Shown here in pieces: positions 13,091-25,283 of a stretch of DNA of 64,000 bases. Positions within the stretch are counted from its first letter, which is position 1. Each line of letters starts with the position of its first letter. Origin of the DNA: Malacoraja senta. Its lineage: Eukaryota. Under the pieces are notes generated by a model, which was not told where the DNA came from, searched no databases, and saw only the letters and a list, made by a program, of their open reading frames with translations. The DNA is taken from contig CM075992.1 of assembly GCA_038087875.1 (NCBI GenBank), positions 5,766,001-5,830,000 on the forward strand. The letters are read 5' to 3'. Made by a program: the position numbers and the translations under genes.

Positions 13091-13693
13091 GTTTGAGAAG
13101 GAACTGCAGATGCTGGAAAATCCCAGGTACACAAAAATGCTGGAGAAACTCAGCGGGTGCAGCAGCATCTATGGAGCGAAGGAAATAGGCAACGTTTCGG
13201 GCCGAAACCCTTCTTCAGACTGATGGGGGGTGGGAGGGGGCGGGGAGAAGAAAGGAAAAAGGAGGAGCAGCCCGAGGGCTGAGGGAGAGCTGGGAAGGGG
13301 AGGGGACAGCAAGGGCTAACAGAATTGTGAGAATTCAATGTTCATGCCACCAGGATGCAGACTCCCCAAGCGGAATATGAGGTGCTGTTCCTCCAATTTC
13401 CGGTGGTGCTCACTCTGGCCATGGAGGAGGCCCAGGACAGAGAGGTTGGAAACGGAATGGGAGGGGGAGTTGAAGTGCTGAGCCACCGGGAGGTCAGGTT
13501 GGTTAATGCGGACCGAGCGGAGGTGTTCGCCTAAACGATGGCCAAGCCTACGCTTGGTCTCACCGATGTAGATCAGCTGACATCTAGAGCAGCGTATGCA
13601 ATAGATGAGGTTGGAGGAGATGCAGGTGAACCTCTGTCGCACCTGGAACGATTGCTTGGGTCCTTGAATGGAGATGAGAGGGGAGGCAAAGCG
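13091..13693 (-). mobile_element. 5'-truncated Penelope-like retroelement (Neptune-type): GIY-YIG endonuclease C-terminus plus pseudo-LTR
   Basis: ORF 13316-13642 NLIYCIRCSRCQLIYIGETKR...GEH...PVAQHFN (GIY-YIG with CCHH); TSD ACTATTATAGCTT at 13078-13090 and 13694-13706. Confidence 0.92.
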
Positions 13694-13894
13694 ACTATTA
13701 TAGCTTTCTGGGTTTCAGGAGGAATAACTGTAATGAGATCTAGAGTACAAGACCATTCCAACTTACCCACACCACAAAAAGCACAAGGCCTTAGGGCAGA
13801 AAGGCAATTGCTGCATCCATATCATCATCCATGCTGATACAAAATTGTTCAGCTCAAGCATGGAACGAAACCCAAAGGAAAACCTTTTAATTTT

Positions 13895-14960
13895 TTTGAG
13901 AGGCCAGGATTTATTGTCCATCCCAAAATGCCTTTGAAAATGAGGTGGTGAACAAGTATTTTGAACTGCTTCAGAGATTTTGGTGAAGGAACTCCATTGT
14001 TGATGATGACTACCAGGATTTAGAACCAGCAATGATGAAATAATAGCAATACACCTCCAAATCTGGAAGATGTGCAGTACAAAGGGGAAACTGCACGTGC
14101 TAATGTCCCATATGCCTAACTTCCCTATTCTTCTTGGTGATGAGTTTTTTGGCTTGGTAAGACCTTTCCTCGTGGTCCTGATGAGAAACTGCAGTGCATT
14201 TGTGGATGGCACACGGTGCAGCCACCCATCCAGGAAAGGGAGAGAAGTCCAACACACTCCCGAATTGTGATAAGGCTTCAGGAGATGATTAGTTCACTGA
14301 AAGATAATCGTATCTGAGCTGGTCTCATAACCACATTATTGATGTGGCTGTCTCTTTTGAGCTTCTGGTCAATGGTTTGGAGTGGAGTCCCCAAAGTAAA
14401 ACCAAAACTGGGCAGCAGCCATTTGTCGGCACTGTTAATTAATGATTGAGAGTAGGCAATAATGTGAAATTGTATTTCTTTTTGTGAACGGTATATGTGG
14501 TCATTTTGCTACATGATCAAGCAGATACCAGTGTTGCATCTGGAACAGCTTGGCTGGAGACAGTTCATCAACTGCAGTTCTACAATGAGGATAACTGGAG
14601 CCAGCAGCCTTTATTATAGCCAGTGTTCTCAGTAGTTTTATGTCACATGAAGTGAATCAAATAGATTGAACACTGTCTTCTGTGAAGGTTTGACCATGAA
14701 AAGTATCATTATCAATGGCAAAGGCATTGGCTTCTTCTTCAGCACTAATGTACTAGCTGCCCACCATTGTCAAGTATGGGGATATACTATGAGCTGTTGT
14801 TGCATCCCAACAGCATCTTCCTGTCCACCACCATTCATGACTAAATGTGTTTGGATTGCAAAGATTTGATCTGATGGTTGAGAGACTGCTTACTGTCTAA
14901 CAAATAAGTAGTGTTTTGTTGCAGCTTCAAGTCAGAACCGTATAAACATCAAGAAATCTC
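13895..14960 (-). mobile_element. Old degenerate CR1/L2-like LINE fragment
   Basis: Start atttattgtccatccc recurs near 38880 and related sequence at ~30130-30470; no intact ORF; family call from memory, boundaries approximate. Confidence 0.4.
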
Positions 14961-14976
14961 AAAATTGTAGTCGTAT

Positions 14977-15844
14977 AGGGGGGTTGCACGTAAGGTCACC
15001 GGGTCATAGGGCTTGACGCACGGAGCCGCTCAATCCATCTGGAAGACATCCGTCACTGTTATTAATACAAGAAACGCGTACTTTCCTACCTGTTAAAAAA
15101 CCGCCAAAATGTTGAATGTTTTCGCTGTAAAAAATTGTGGAAGTCGGGGTAAGTGTGAGAGACATGTACCCAACTTCAGAATTCCAAAAGTGAAGCGAAA
15201 TGAAGGTAAAGAGAAGCGAGAGCTGAAGGGACAACAGCAGCTAAAATGCTTGGCGAACATTGGCCGTGCAGATATCAGAATTGAAAATATCGGGATTTAT
15301 CACGTTTGTTCGCTGCATTTCATTAACGGTAAGGCATTATTTGTTTTTTGTTTTATTTCTTTGGTATCTAAAAAGTCTCAGAAGTGGTAAATCTGGTTGT
15401 AAATTTTGCTTCAGAGGCGTTTTATTTTTGTATGTAAAAACCCACGAGAACCAGGGGCGATTATCCCTTCTGACATTTTTTAGATGCCAAAGGAATCAAG
15501 AAAAAACACAAATAATGCCTTAGTTGATGAAATGCAGTGAGAAAACGGCCAATGTTCGCCAAGCACTCTGGCTGTTGTTGTTCCTTTCAGCTCTCGCTTC
15601 AATCTCCCGTCATTTCTCCTCACTTTTTGAATTCTAAAGTTGGCTAAATGTCTCTCACGCTTATCCCGATTTCCATAATTATTTACAGCGCAAAAATTGA
15701 CCATTTCGGCGGGTTTTAACGGGCCCGCTACGCTGGAAACAATGGTAAGTGCCTGCCTGCAGTTCATCGCGTGTAATCCATTTGGCGTAGCGTAGCAACA
15801 GTACGGGTCATGGGGTCGTGACCCGACTGCCGTGAAACCTCCCT
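14977..15844. mobile_element. Non-autonomous DNA transposon with two convergent THAP-domain relics (ISL2EU/Harbinger-like)
   Basis: TIRs AGGGGGGTTGCACG and CGTGAAACCTCCCT flanked by AT; THAP-like peptides on + (15109-15330, FRIP...VCSLHF) and - (from 15704, MVNFCAV...FRIQ). Confidence 0.75.
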
Positions 15845-16079
15845 ATAGGTTTTCATTTAAAACTGATTCTTGTTTTCTTTAAGGAGTAAATTTCTGGCCC
15901 ACAACACTTTCAACCAAGACCAAGAGTGTACAATTCATTTCAGTGTCTTCGTGCTCAGTGGGAAGTGTTGCATCAGTTGCAAAGTGGTCAGGTTTCATCT
16001 CATTATTGCATTCCAGTAAACAGAATGAAAAAGACAAACAAGTGTTGCCAGTGCATTAGATATCCCAAAATCACTTGAT

Positions 16080-17045
16080 ATTGATCACCTGACTGAATGG
16101 TACCAGAAAAACAACCTTGCTCTCAACATCAGCAAAACTACGGAAATGATTGTTTACTTTTGAAGAAGCAGCTGAGGATGCAGGGTGGAAGATTGCAACC
16201 TTCATGTGGTCCGCCCTGTTTCGACTAATGCAGTCAACTCGACGTGCACAAACGGAAGATCAAATAGAACAAGTTGTCCAACAACTTTAGGCTGTGCACG
16301 CCACACGAAAGAAGAAGAAGCTGAGGATGCACGAACCTGCCTTCATCGACGGTCGTTTGTGGAGAGGGTCAATAACTTCAAGTTCCTAGATGTGCATATC
16401 TCTGAATATCTGTCCTGGACACAGCACATTGGTACAATCATAAAGTAAGCCCATCAATGCCTCAACTAGCTTCGAAGATGGAGGAGTTTCAGAACGTTGA
16501 TGAATACTCTCTTGAATTTCTACAGCTGTACGGTAGAGCACATATTGACTGGTTGCATCACAGCCTGGTTTGGCAACTCAAACGCTCGGGAACAAAGGAG
16601 ATAAAAGTGGTGTATACTGACTGCCGAGTCCATCAAAGGTACTGACCTTCCCACCATCAAAGGGATCTACTGGAGGTGCTGCCTGAAAAAGGCAGCCAAC
16701 ATCACCAAGAACCCACACCATCCTGCCCATGCTCTCATTTCACTCCTGCCATCGGAAGGTGGTACAGGATCCTGAAAACTGTAATGTCCCGATCCAAGTG
16801 CAGCTTCTTCCCAACTACCATCAGGTGATTGAATGTTGCGGAACTACGAACTGCTTTGTCTTCGGGCTTCGGCACAAATTGTTTTTAAATAAATATATAT
16901 TCATTTAACTTCTTCTTTTTGTTTGTTTATTATATTATCTATTGAGTACTGTTCTTAGAAACCTATTGTGCTGCTGCTGCAAGCAAGTATTTCACTGTTC
17001 CATTTTGGTGCATATGATAATAAAACACTTGAATTCAGACTTGAA
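16080..17045 (+). mobile_element. Rex1/Babar-like LINE 3' fragment with nested insertion
   Basis: Decayed post-RT peptide EWYQKNNLALNISKTTEMIV...VERVNNFKFLDVHISEYLSW; AATAAA and short-repeat tail. Confidence 0.7.
16183..16318 (+). mobile_element. Short retroposon 3' end with (GAA)n tail, RTE-like
   Basis: TSD AGCTGAGGATGCA at 16170-16182 and 16319-16331. Confidence 0.65.
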
Positions 17046-17987
17046 TATCATTGCAACTGAGTCTCGTTAAAACTTGTAAAAGCATCAATGCCAATGTGTT
17101 GCAAAATAAATCACAGCCTTCGTGCTTGTGAAACTTAAATTATGCAATACTTCATGCACAGGATTTAATTCCAAAATGCCACAAATTACACAGAATTTTG
17201 CAATATTGCAGCTGTCCGTATAAGACAGTTTCGTAAGAAACCAGTGTCTCGATCTCTCAAATACTCTACAAACAAGGATGTGATTCTGTGGCTGTGTGGA
17301 ATGCCCAAATCTGGCATTAACTGTACACTCTTATCTACAGAAGAGATAAACCTCAACCTTCAAAAGTGAGCGTGTCCATACAGCATTGATAACTGGGAAC
17401 AATTAAAACAGTCAGGCCTTTCAGTGGCTTATTACCAGCCATTTGCATTGAAATGCCCAAACATTTGAGAGATTGGAATGAGAGAGGGGGAGGGAGGAAA
17501 AGTGATGTTTCACAATTCAATGCAAGTTTAAATTTATCAACATCAAAAGATGAGGCAAAATCCATCTTGTATCACAAAGACTTCAAACATGACATAAGAT
17601 CATTTGAGTAAGCCACTCAGTTCATAAGCCTATTTCCTCAACAAGATGATCATGGCTAATATTTTCCTCGGTGTCAGCTTCTGGAATTAAACTCATTTCA
17701 TTTACTTTCCTTAATATATTGACTTCAATCGTGAATATTTATAGCAACTGAATCTCATAAGTTCCTTATATAAAGAATTCCAAAGATTCATCATCAATGA
17801 TGAAATGTCTTCTTATTTCAGTCCAGAACAGCCAACACTTGAATTTGAAACTGTAATCTTTGGTTCTAGATTTCTAGCCATGCAAACAATATCCTTGCAT
17901 CAACCTGTCAACCTACATTACGGTTTTCTATGCTTCAATGAGATCACCTTTAATACTATAGATAAGTCTGCTTAATCTCTACAGATG

Positions 17988-18749
17988 CACGTAGTTCTGC
18001 TGTAAGGCGATAGTTGAGTTCCTAAGAAACCTTCGGTTATAGAAAATGGAGTTATTAAAAACTATTGAGTTAATGGGGAGAAAAGTGAGCTAGGGGCTGA
18101 GACCAACAATTAGTTATTTTTCCCATACAGGGTTTTCAAAAATGTTTTTCTAATAGCTGTAAGTTTATTTTTGTTACTGAAAGCTGTATGTAACATTGTT
18201 TAATAGAGTATCATTGCACAAGTGTCAATGGAAACGATTGCTTGTCAATTTCGTAGTCAGGAACTGCAGATGCTGGTTTACACCGAAGATAGACACAAAA
18301 TGCTGGAGTAACTCAGCGGGACAGGGAGCATCTCTGGATAGAAGGAATGGGTGGTGTTTTAGGTCAAGATCGTTCTTCAGTCTGAAGGGTCTCGACCCAA
18401 AACGTCACCCATTCCTTCAATCCAGAGATGCAGCCTGTCCTGCTGAGTTACTCCCAGCATTTTATGTCTAACTTGCTTGTCAATTTCTCAAGCCACTGGC
18501 CTCTGTTCTTACAAGACAATGGTTACAATGGGACAGTTACATAGAAGGTATTTGTCCCTTCGATTTCTCTTCCCCCCCCCCCACGACAGCTTTGTCTCTG
18601 CTTGTCAATTTCCAAAGTAACATTAGTTCCCTCTTTTCTGATCAAAATTGCATTATTACCAATTTGACCCACATAATACAGTAATGTTCCCTAATTCGTC
18701 AATGATGTTATACCCATTTAGAGTTCATGTGTTGTAGCAGAACAACCTG
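17988..18749. mobile_element. Tigger/pogo-like MITE, copy 2, interrupted by a Penelope-like fold-back
   Basis: Ends CACGTAGTTCTGCTGTAAGGCG and TGTTGTAGCAGAACAACCTG; similar to 7803-8324. Confidence 0.55.
18253..18472. mobile_element. Penelope-like fold-back
   Basis: TSD TTGCTTGTCAATTTC at 18238-18252 and 18473-18487. Confidence 0.85.
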
Positions 18750-19651
18750 GAGAACAAACTTCACCCAAACATATACTGGTTTGGTAAAGAGAAATAATGC
18801 GCTGTCCACAATTTTGCTTTCTGGGACAGTAGGGGGAAAGAGGAACTTGTATGTGTTATCAAATTGATGGCTGCCACATGTATTAAATTGGTGCCTTTGA
18901 TATCCATTTTAATATCAACTCCTCAAATTATTAGTTCTTCGGTTCAGTGTACGAAATTAGAGAAAAGACAGGTCTGAAAATGTAAATGAAAGAATCATGC
19001 TCTCACTTTTACCAATGCATCTCTGGCTTCCAGTTTTAATGTTAAACATTTCCATACAAACAATTTTCCATCAACAGAATTTATGATTTTTAAGTAATTG
19101 TTCACGTAATAATTAAGTAATAATTCACGGCAAGAAATAATGATCTGGAAGAACCAGCATTAAAATTGATTTATCATCATAGGCAGAATACAGGACCACA
19201 TAGAACTCGATTTGTAGCAAAGCTTTGAAAAGGAGGAAAAAAAATCACATCTTACCCGCTGCCTACGATTGCAGTGATTACCTGCAGTACACATCCAGAT
19301 TAAACAAATAAGACCGTTTCAATCTATTTAATCACAAATACTGATGAAATCACCACCATACCTCTCAACTGTATGCTTATTTTTTTTTATTACTGTGACA
19401 CAATATAAAGCTGCACACATAGAAATAGCAGCCAAATGAAACCAATCAAAATCAGGCAATTTACAAATGCTACCAAAAGCCGCATTCTTCTGAAAGCATA
19501 AACCAGAATTCTGCCAATCAACGCATTGCAGTTTGAGAGGTATGTGCACCACAAAATTAAGGCTATTACAAATACGTACAAATTTATTTTAACCTTGGCC
19601 CCAACCTAGGATAACCTAAGGATCTACTTCACAAGGTTGCACTACACCAAC

Positions 19652-19771
19652 CTTTTATGCCTGGTTTCTTCCCAGAGCTCAGCTGGCCGCTAACGTCATG
19701 TAACCTGGTATCCAGCTCACTCTTCGAGTCTAGCTGGAGGTCATCGTTCGATTTCCCTGGGACTTTTTTCA
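19652..19771 (-). CDS. BRD4: Extra BRD4 exon encoding a BRD2/BRD3-type ET-adjacent coiled-coil segment
   Basis: 120 nt, phase 1-1, open: (V)[39 protein letters not shown]; tgtttgcag acceptor, AAG|GTTGGT donor; [11 protein letters not shown] matches the BRD2/BRD3 motif RLQDVSGQL. Confidence 0.88.
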
Positions 19772-22700
19772 CTGCAAACAGCATCACACAACAAGATTTG
19801 GACCAAACACTTTGGTACCATTATACAGGTACAACACAGTGAATAAAAATGACTCTAATTTGGCACATGGGATCAGGTGCAAATTGAAGGAAGGAAAAGC
19901 AGCTAAAGGAAAAAAAAGGATCCATTCATTGTTTGCAACTTGAAAGGCCAATAATCTAAAAGAGAATTTAGCAAATGTTTGGAAGCATGTAGCGAGGTCA
20001 TGATAATTTTGTTTTGTGAAACATAAACCACATTTTAAAAATACTGAAGTATATAGAATGCACAATTCAATTTATTGCCAAAAACATTTGAACCAAAGAG
20101 CTGCTCAGATGATCAGACCAGAAGGAAAGGGAGTGAGGGTTAAAAAAGATTCCTGGCCAGATTATAAATAAGTCAACTTCAAAAAAATAACCATAAAAGG
20201 CACATGAATTGTGAGGAATAAAGAAACAATTTTTACTTTAACCAAACTTGGACCAAGTTAAATTTCATTTTAACCACTTTCACTCATAGTAAAAGGCTAA
20301 TGGTTGAAGCCACTGGTCAACAAAGTTTCTCAACTTCCCCAAACCATATACTAGCTGCCATGACAACCAGAGATTTGCTACGGCAACAGTGGAAATATCC
20401 AGTCTTTTCCTTCAGCGTGGTGAGCATTATAATGAGTTATATGACTCAAAGAAATAGTGTTTCAGTGCACCACTTTTTCTCTTTTTTTTTTTGTTATGAG
20501 AAATATTACCTACAATATTCCCCCCCCCCCCCCATAAAGATTTACTTTTATATCATGACGTCACTACTGAAATTCACGGTTTGCCAAATTCAAAATAAAT
20601 TTAACTGGAGAAGCCAAATCTGGTTCAAGATTAAAAAGAAAATAGTGTACCTCTGAAAACCAGCTGTTGCTCTGATCTCTAGGTTAAGCAGCCCAAAAGA
20701 TGTCAATACCCAACCTGTGTGTGCCCATTCACAAGTCCAATGATGCTGTGACAGTGTAGATCATTTCACAATGATCACACATCCAAAGTAAACAGAAGAT
20801 GATTGTTGTCATAAAAACTGAACATTACAAATCTTCCAACAAAAAAAAATGCAGAACAAACCACCCAAATCAGGGCCTGTTCATGGTGCATAATGAAAAC
20901 ATCATACATTACCAATAATTATATCAAAATTCATCCTCACTGGAATCAGTGAATTAATTGGTTATTTATCTCATTTGCAACTACCAAGTTATCAAAATAC
21001 ATTGAAGCAGATTATCTACTCTTTGAAGTTAATACAGCAAGTCCTTTTCCCCCATCACCATATAAAAATCCTATAATTTTGAATATCAATAGCTTCTGCA
21101 ACAAAGAATAAAATTGTGTCGTATATGTACAGGCAGAGAAATGTGTGTTCAATTTTACACGTTTCTGGACTGATTGGGGAGAAAATTAAGTACGGTAAAT
21201 ACCTGGATCTAATCTAGACCTTACATACAAGTTAGATACTAAGAGCATGCAAATTCAGATATTTATCTCATAGTTTCAAGGTTAAATTACCAGCAGAGAA
21301 AACAGTTACAAAGCAACTGGGTCAAAGTTTCTCAACTTTCCTAAAGCATTTTATAAGACAGTATATTTTTATGTACAATGGCATGCTCCTGGCATTTAGA
21401 ATTTAGAAAATGAAACTGTCAAAATCAGAGCAAGTTTTCAAGGAATGGTGATGCAGAATAATTGTCCATAGTTCTTCTAATTTAAGGATAAACTAGTTGT
21501 CACTAATCACTCAAATTGTAGTTTAGTACATTAAATAATGCTAAAGCAGGCACAGGATGTGTGTTTTACAGGGGAGGACAGGTGGCCAAAACAATATGGT
21601 TGATTTTGCTTAAATCCAAGATTGCCAAAAAGTGTATTTACAATCATATCCTAAGAATTTAAAGCTAATGCACCGCCATGATCATATCGAAGGGCCAGAT
21701 GGCCTACTCCTGCACCTATTTTCTATGTTTCTAACATTAAGGATAGTCATGTATTGATTCTACCCAATCCCATACAGCAAGCCTACGATAGGCCCACAAA
21801 GACAAGAGTACCTATTGTATATATGATTAGCACTGTCTGGTAACATGTACATTCCTAATGCTGTAAATGTACATCTGCCATGGCTTACCTGGAGGATCAC
21901 ATTGTGGGTCTGGCTAAGACTTCACTAAAGTCAGTTCAACTGCACCTGAATTGGGCAAGGATTGGTCTTGTGAAATATTTATTCTCAGAATCACAGTATT
22001 TTGATGTATAATGCGAGCCAGCCAGAATACTGGGGCGAAGTCTAAGAGATTTAGGTAATCTCAAATACCTTGATACTCAAATAAAACCAAGTCAATCTAT
22101 GCAATGTGTTTGACCCACATACGAGTTCCTGACAATGTATCATCCCTATCATCGAGATCGGTTATCACCACCAGTTTGAGATTCTCCCATGATGAAACAT
22201 GCCCTTCCATCTGGGTCAAGAACCCTCAGGATTTTACATTGCATTCAAGTCTCACTCTTCTAAACTCCAGCAGATGCAAGCCAAGCCTACCCAACCTCAT
22301 TTTAATATTTGTCTCATAAACCTCTCTAAGCTGCTTAACATTCTTCATTTCATAAGTTTACTAATGCTGTATGTGTGCTCCAGATGTAGTCCAATAGCCA
22401 ATGTAACTGAAGCATGAACTTTCTACTTGCGTATTCAATGACCCTCGCAATAAACATGAAGATTGTTAGCTTTTCTAATCACTGTGTGCTGGCATACTAA
22501 CCTTTTGAAAAATAATGCATGAGCTCACCCCGATGCCTCTGCATCCTTAAGTTTCACAGAATATGATTTCCTATTTTCACTTTACAAAAACATGACCACT
22601 ACAAAATGACTCATACTTTATATGCTATAAACTATTGGAAATCCTGGTCATTAGATCCCTCATTATAAAGTCCTTGACCGTGACAATTCACTCGTCTTCC

Positions 22701-24074
22701 CAAGGGCCCAACAAGGTGTCAGGAACCTCCAATTCTGGACTCTATTTTAAAAACACCTCTACTGACAGCTGTACTTTTAGACATCTTGGCATCATGCTCC
22801 ATAATTCTCCTCCTCGATGAATGTCCCGTAAGTTCCTTAGATTACTGTTTTTGGTCACTACCATTGATATGGCCCGTGACACCATTAAAAGGACACAAAC
22901 ATTACTGTTAAATGTCCTGGTACATTTAGCTACATTGAAGGCACATTTATTTGTGTCTGTCAGCTAATAGTAGTGACAAAATGTGTTGGCAGCATGGGTA
23001 GATTTACAATAGCATCTGTCCCCACAATAGTGAAGGTCAGAATATCATGGCATATAACATCTCAATGACAATCTGCAAATAATAATATCCAAGGACATGT
23101 ATTTGTTAGCAACTTGGACAAAGAGTAAATTATAATCTGGTTTATTTTATTTTGATATGGGTGGGATTGTATCATGAGACAAAATGAATTTGTACTGTGT
23201 CAGCTCCTTAGAATCAAAAGTAAATAAAAAGCACCTAAGTATAGCATTAGTAATCTTAAGAAACATGTGGATAACTCACTGGAGGATGCAAGAAGGCATT
23301 TGGCTCCCCCAGTGAATTATCCATGCATTGACTTATATTGGAGTTAGGGAACATTAACTTGTAATTTGTCTGTATTCATGGGTATGATGTATTTGATTAG
23401 GCAAGGTTAATATTGGTCTGGGTAGCTAACACACCCAAACTTCCATTTGAGAAGCCACCAAATAAGAGAAGTGAATGGTAGTTTAAAATGTTGTAAATCA
23501 TAAATTTACAGCCAAGTGTACCAGGAATATTTCAAAGGGAAATAATGAAAGAAATGTAGCTTAGGGCCAATAATCTTCAAATGTTCCAGAATTTGAGGTT
23601 ACTGCTAATTGACAAATATTGTAATTGTGAACAACTGGACTGATGGTCCATTTGGCTTGTAAATTGTCTTCCTGCAACAGTCACTTTTTGGATCAGAGAG
23701 GGAAGCTTCAAATAATTTTGTGAGCCATAATTTTTTCCTCTGCATGAAACATGGATTCGAAGACAGCGGGAAAATATTGCAACAAAATGCAATAATTCAG
23801 AAGCCAAACACACCACTACATAAAAGTAACTCAAATACAGATCAGGTTGAACCATGAGGTCCGTGGAAATTGGTTGGTGTTTAATTTTACATTTGCTGCC
23901 TTCTGTAAAATTAGCAAATTCCGTCTCCAAACCTGGTGAGTGATGCCAACAGACTGTTAATTCATGAGGTAAATCGTGTTCCAAACTAAATAGATACCAA
24001 AGCACTCCACTATCTAACAAGCAAGCAAACAGGTGAACAGTTAACTGGCCCTGATTGAGTACGTCCTTTGGACT

Positions 24075-24616
24075 CAATCACCTATCCCTGTGAAGGAATG
24101 TAGGTGGAAGGGGAGGGTGCGGGGGAGAAATAAAAAAGGTGCATCCATGTGGGCCACAGGGGAAGGAGAGTGAAGGTTTGGGTAAGAGAGAGGATTTTGT
24201 AGTTGCATAATATCAGAAAATTCAAATGTTCATACCATTGGTATATTCTGCTTGGGTGGCTTATAACACAACAATACGAACAATGAATTCTCCGATTTTA
24301 GGCCAGTACAACCCCCCACCCCCCTCCCCCACCCCCTCTCCAGCTACATTCTTTTCAGCTTCACAATTGCAATGTTTCAATCCTTTTCTCACACCTTCTG
24401 CCTTTTTATCTCTAGCCTTTGTCCACCTGTACTGTATCTGTATCAACCTATTACCTGCCAGGCTTTGTCCTGTCCCTACTCTTCCAGCTTTCTTCCCCCC
24501 CCCCCCCACCCCTTAATCAGCCTGAACGGTCCGATCTAAAACAACACCTCTATGTTCTTCAGAGATGCTGCCTGGCCGGCTGAGTTACTCCAGCATTTTG
24601 TGTCTTTTTTTTTACA
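24075..24616. mobile_element. Degenerate Penelope-like element with inverted segment
   Basis: Endonuclease-tail remnants in both orientations; pseudo-LTR end at ~24515-24616. Confidence 0.6.
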
Positions 24617-25230
24617 ATAAACGTGACTCGACTTGAATTTCCACAAATGAAACCCAACCTGAAGCTTGGCCCTGAAGTAAATCTGGCATTTATTTTCTTC
24701 CCGTCTTATAATGCCCATCAAGATTACTATCACAACTGTCATTTTTGCGTTCTTGACTTTGAGCCCTCAAACCCAACAATTACATTCCCATGCTGCACCT
24801 CTATGATGCCATGTAGTGCAACTATCCAAGAGGACATCCGCCAGATACTCCTCTCCCTCCTTCAAGATGTTTTCTTCTTTGCTCCTGTAACTGACCCTTA
24901 TAAGATGATTTCAGTCAGACTTCGTTAATTAACGATTCAGAGAATATGAGGGGGAAAAAATCACGCCTTAATAATGGGGATCTGGAATTCACTGCCTGAC
25001 CAGGGTGGGGTGGGGAAGCAGCAACCCATATTTATTTTAAAAAGATGAGCACTGATAAGATTTAACCTCCAAGACTACATAAAGAAATAGTGGGATTAAT
25101 CTAATAAACAGTTTTACCTTTAACTTTAATAGATCATCTAATACTTGGTACACATTCTACAGCTCTGACACATGTGCTTTACTGCTGTTCAACATACTTT
25201 AGGGATTTATACGCTACACAGATTTTGATC

Positions 25231-25283
25231 ATTCAAATCAGAAACAATTTAGTTTATTCAAATCAGAAACAATTTAGTTTATT
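25231..25283. repeat. 25-bp tandem duplication
   Basis: ATTCAAATCAGAAACAATTTAGTTT x2. Confidence 0.9.

Noticed and set aside
23577-24077. 166-aa ORF and the many other 60-150 aa ORFs in the track
   Set aside because: No recognisable domain or exon structure; expected by chance in intronic and repeat DNA.
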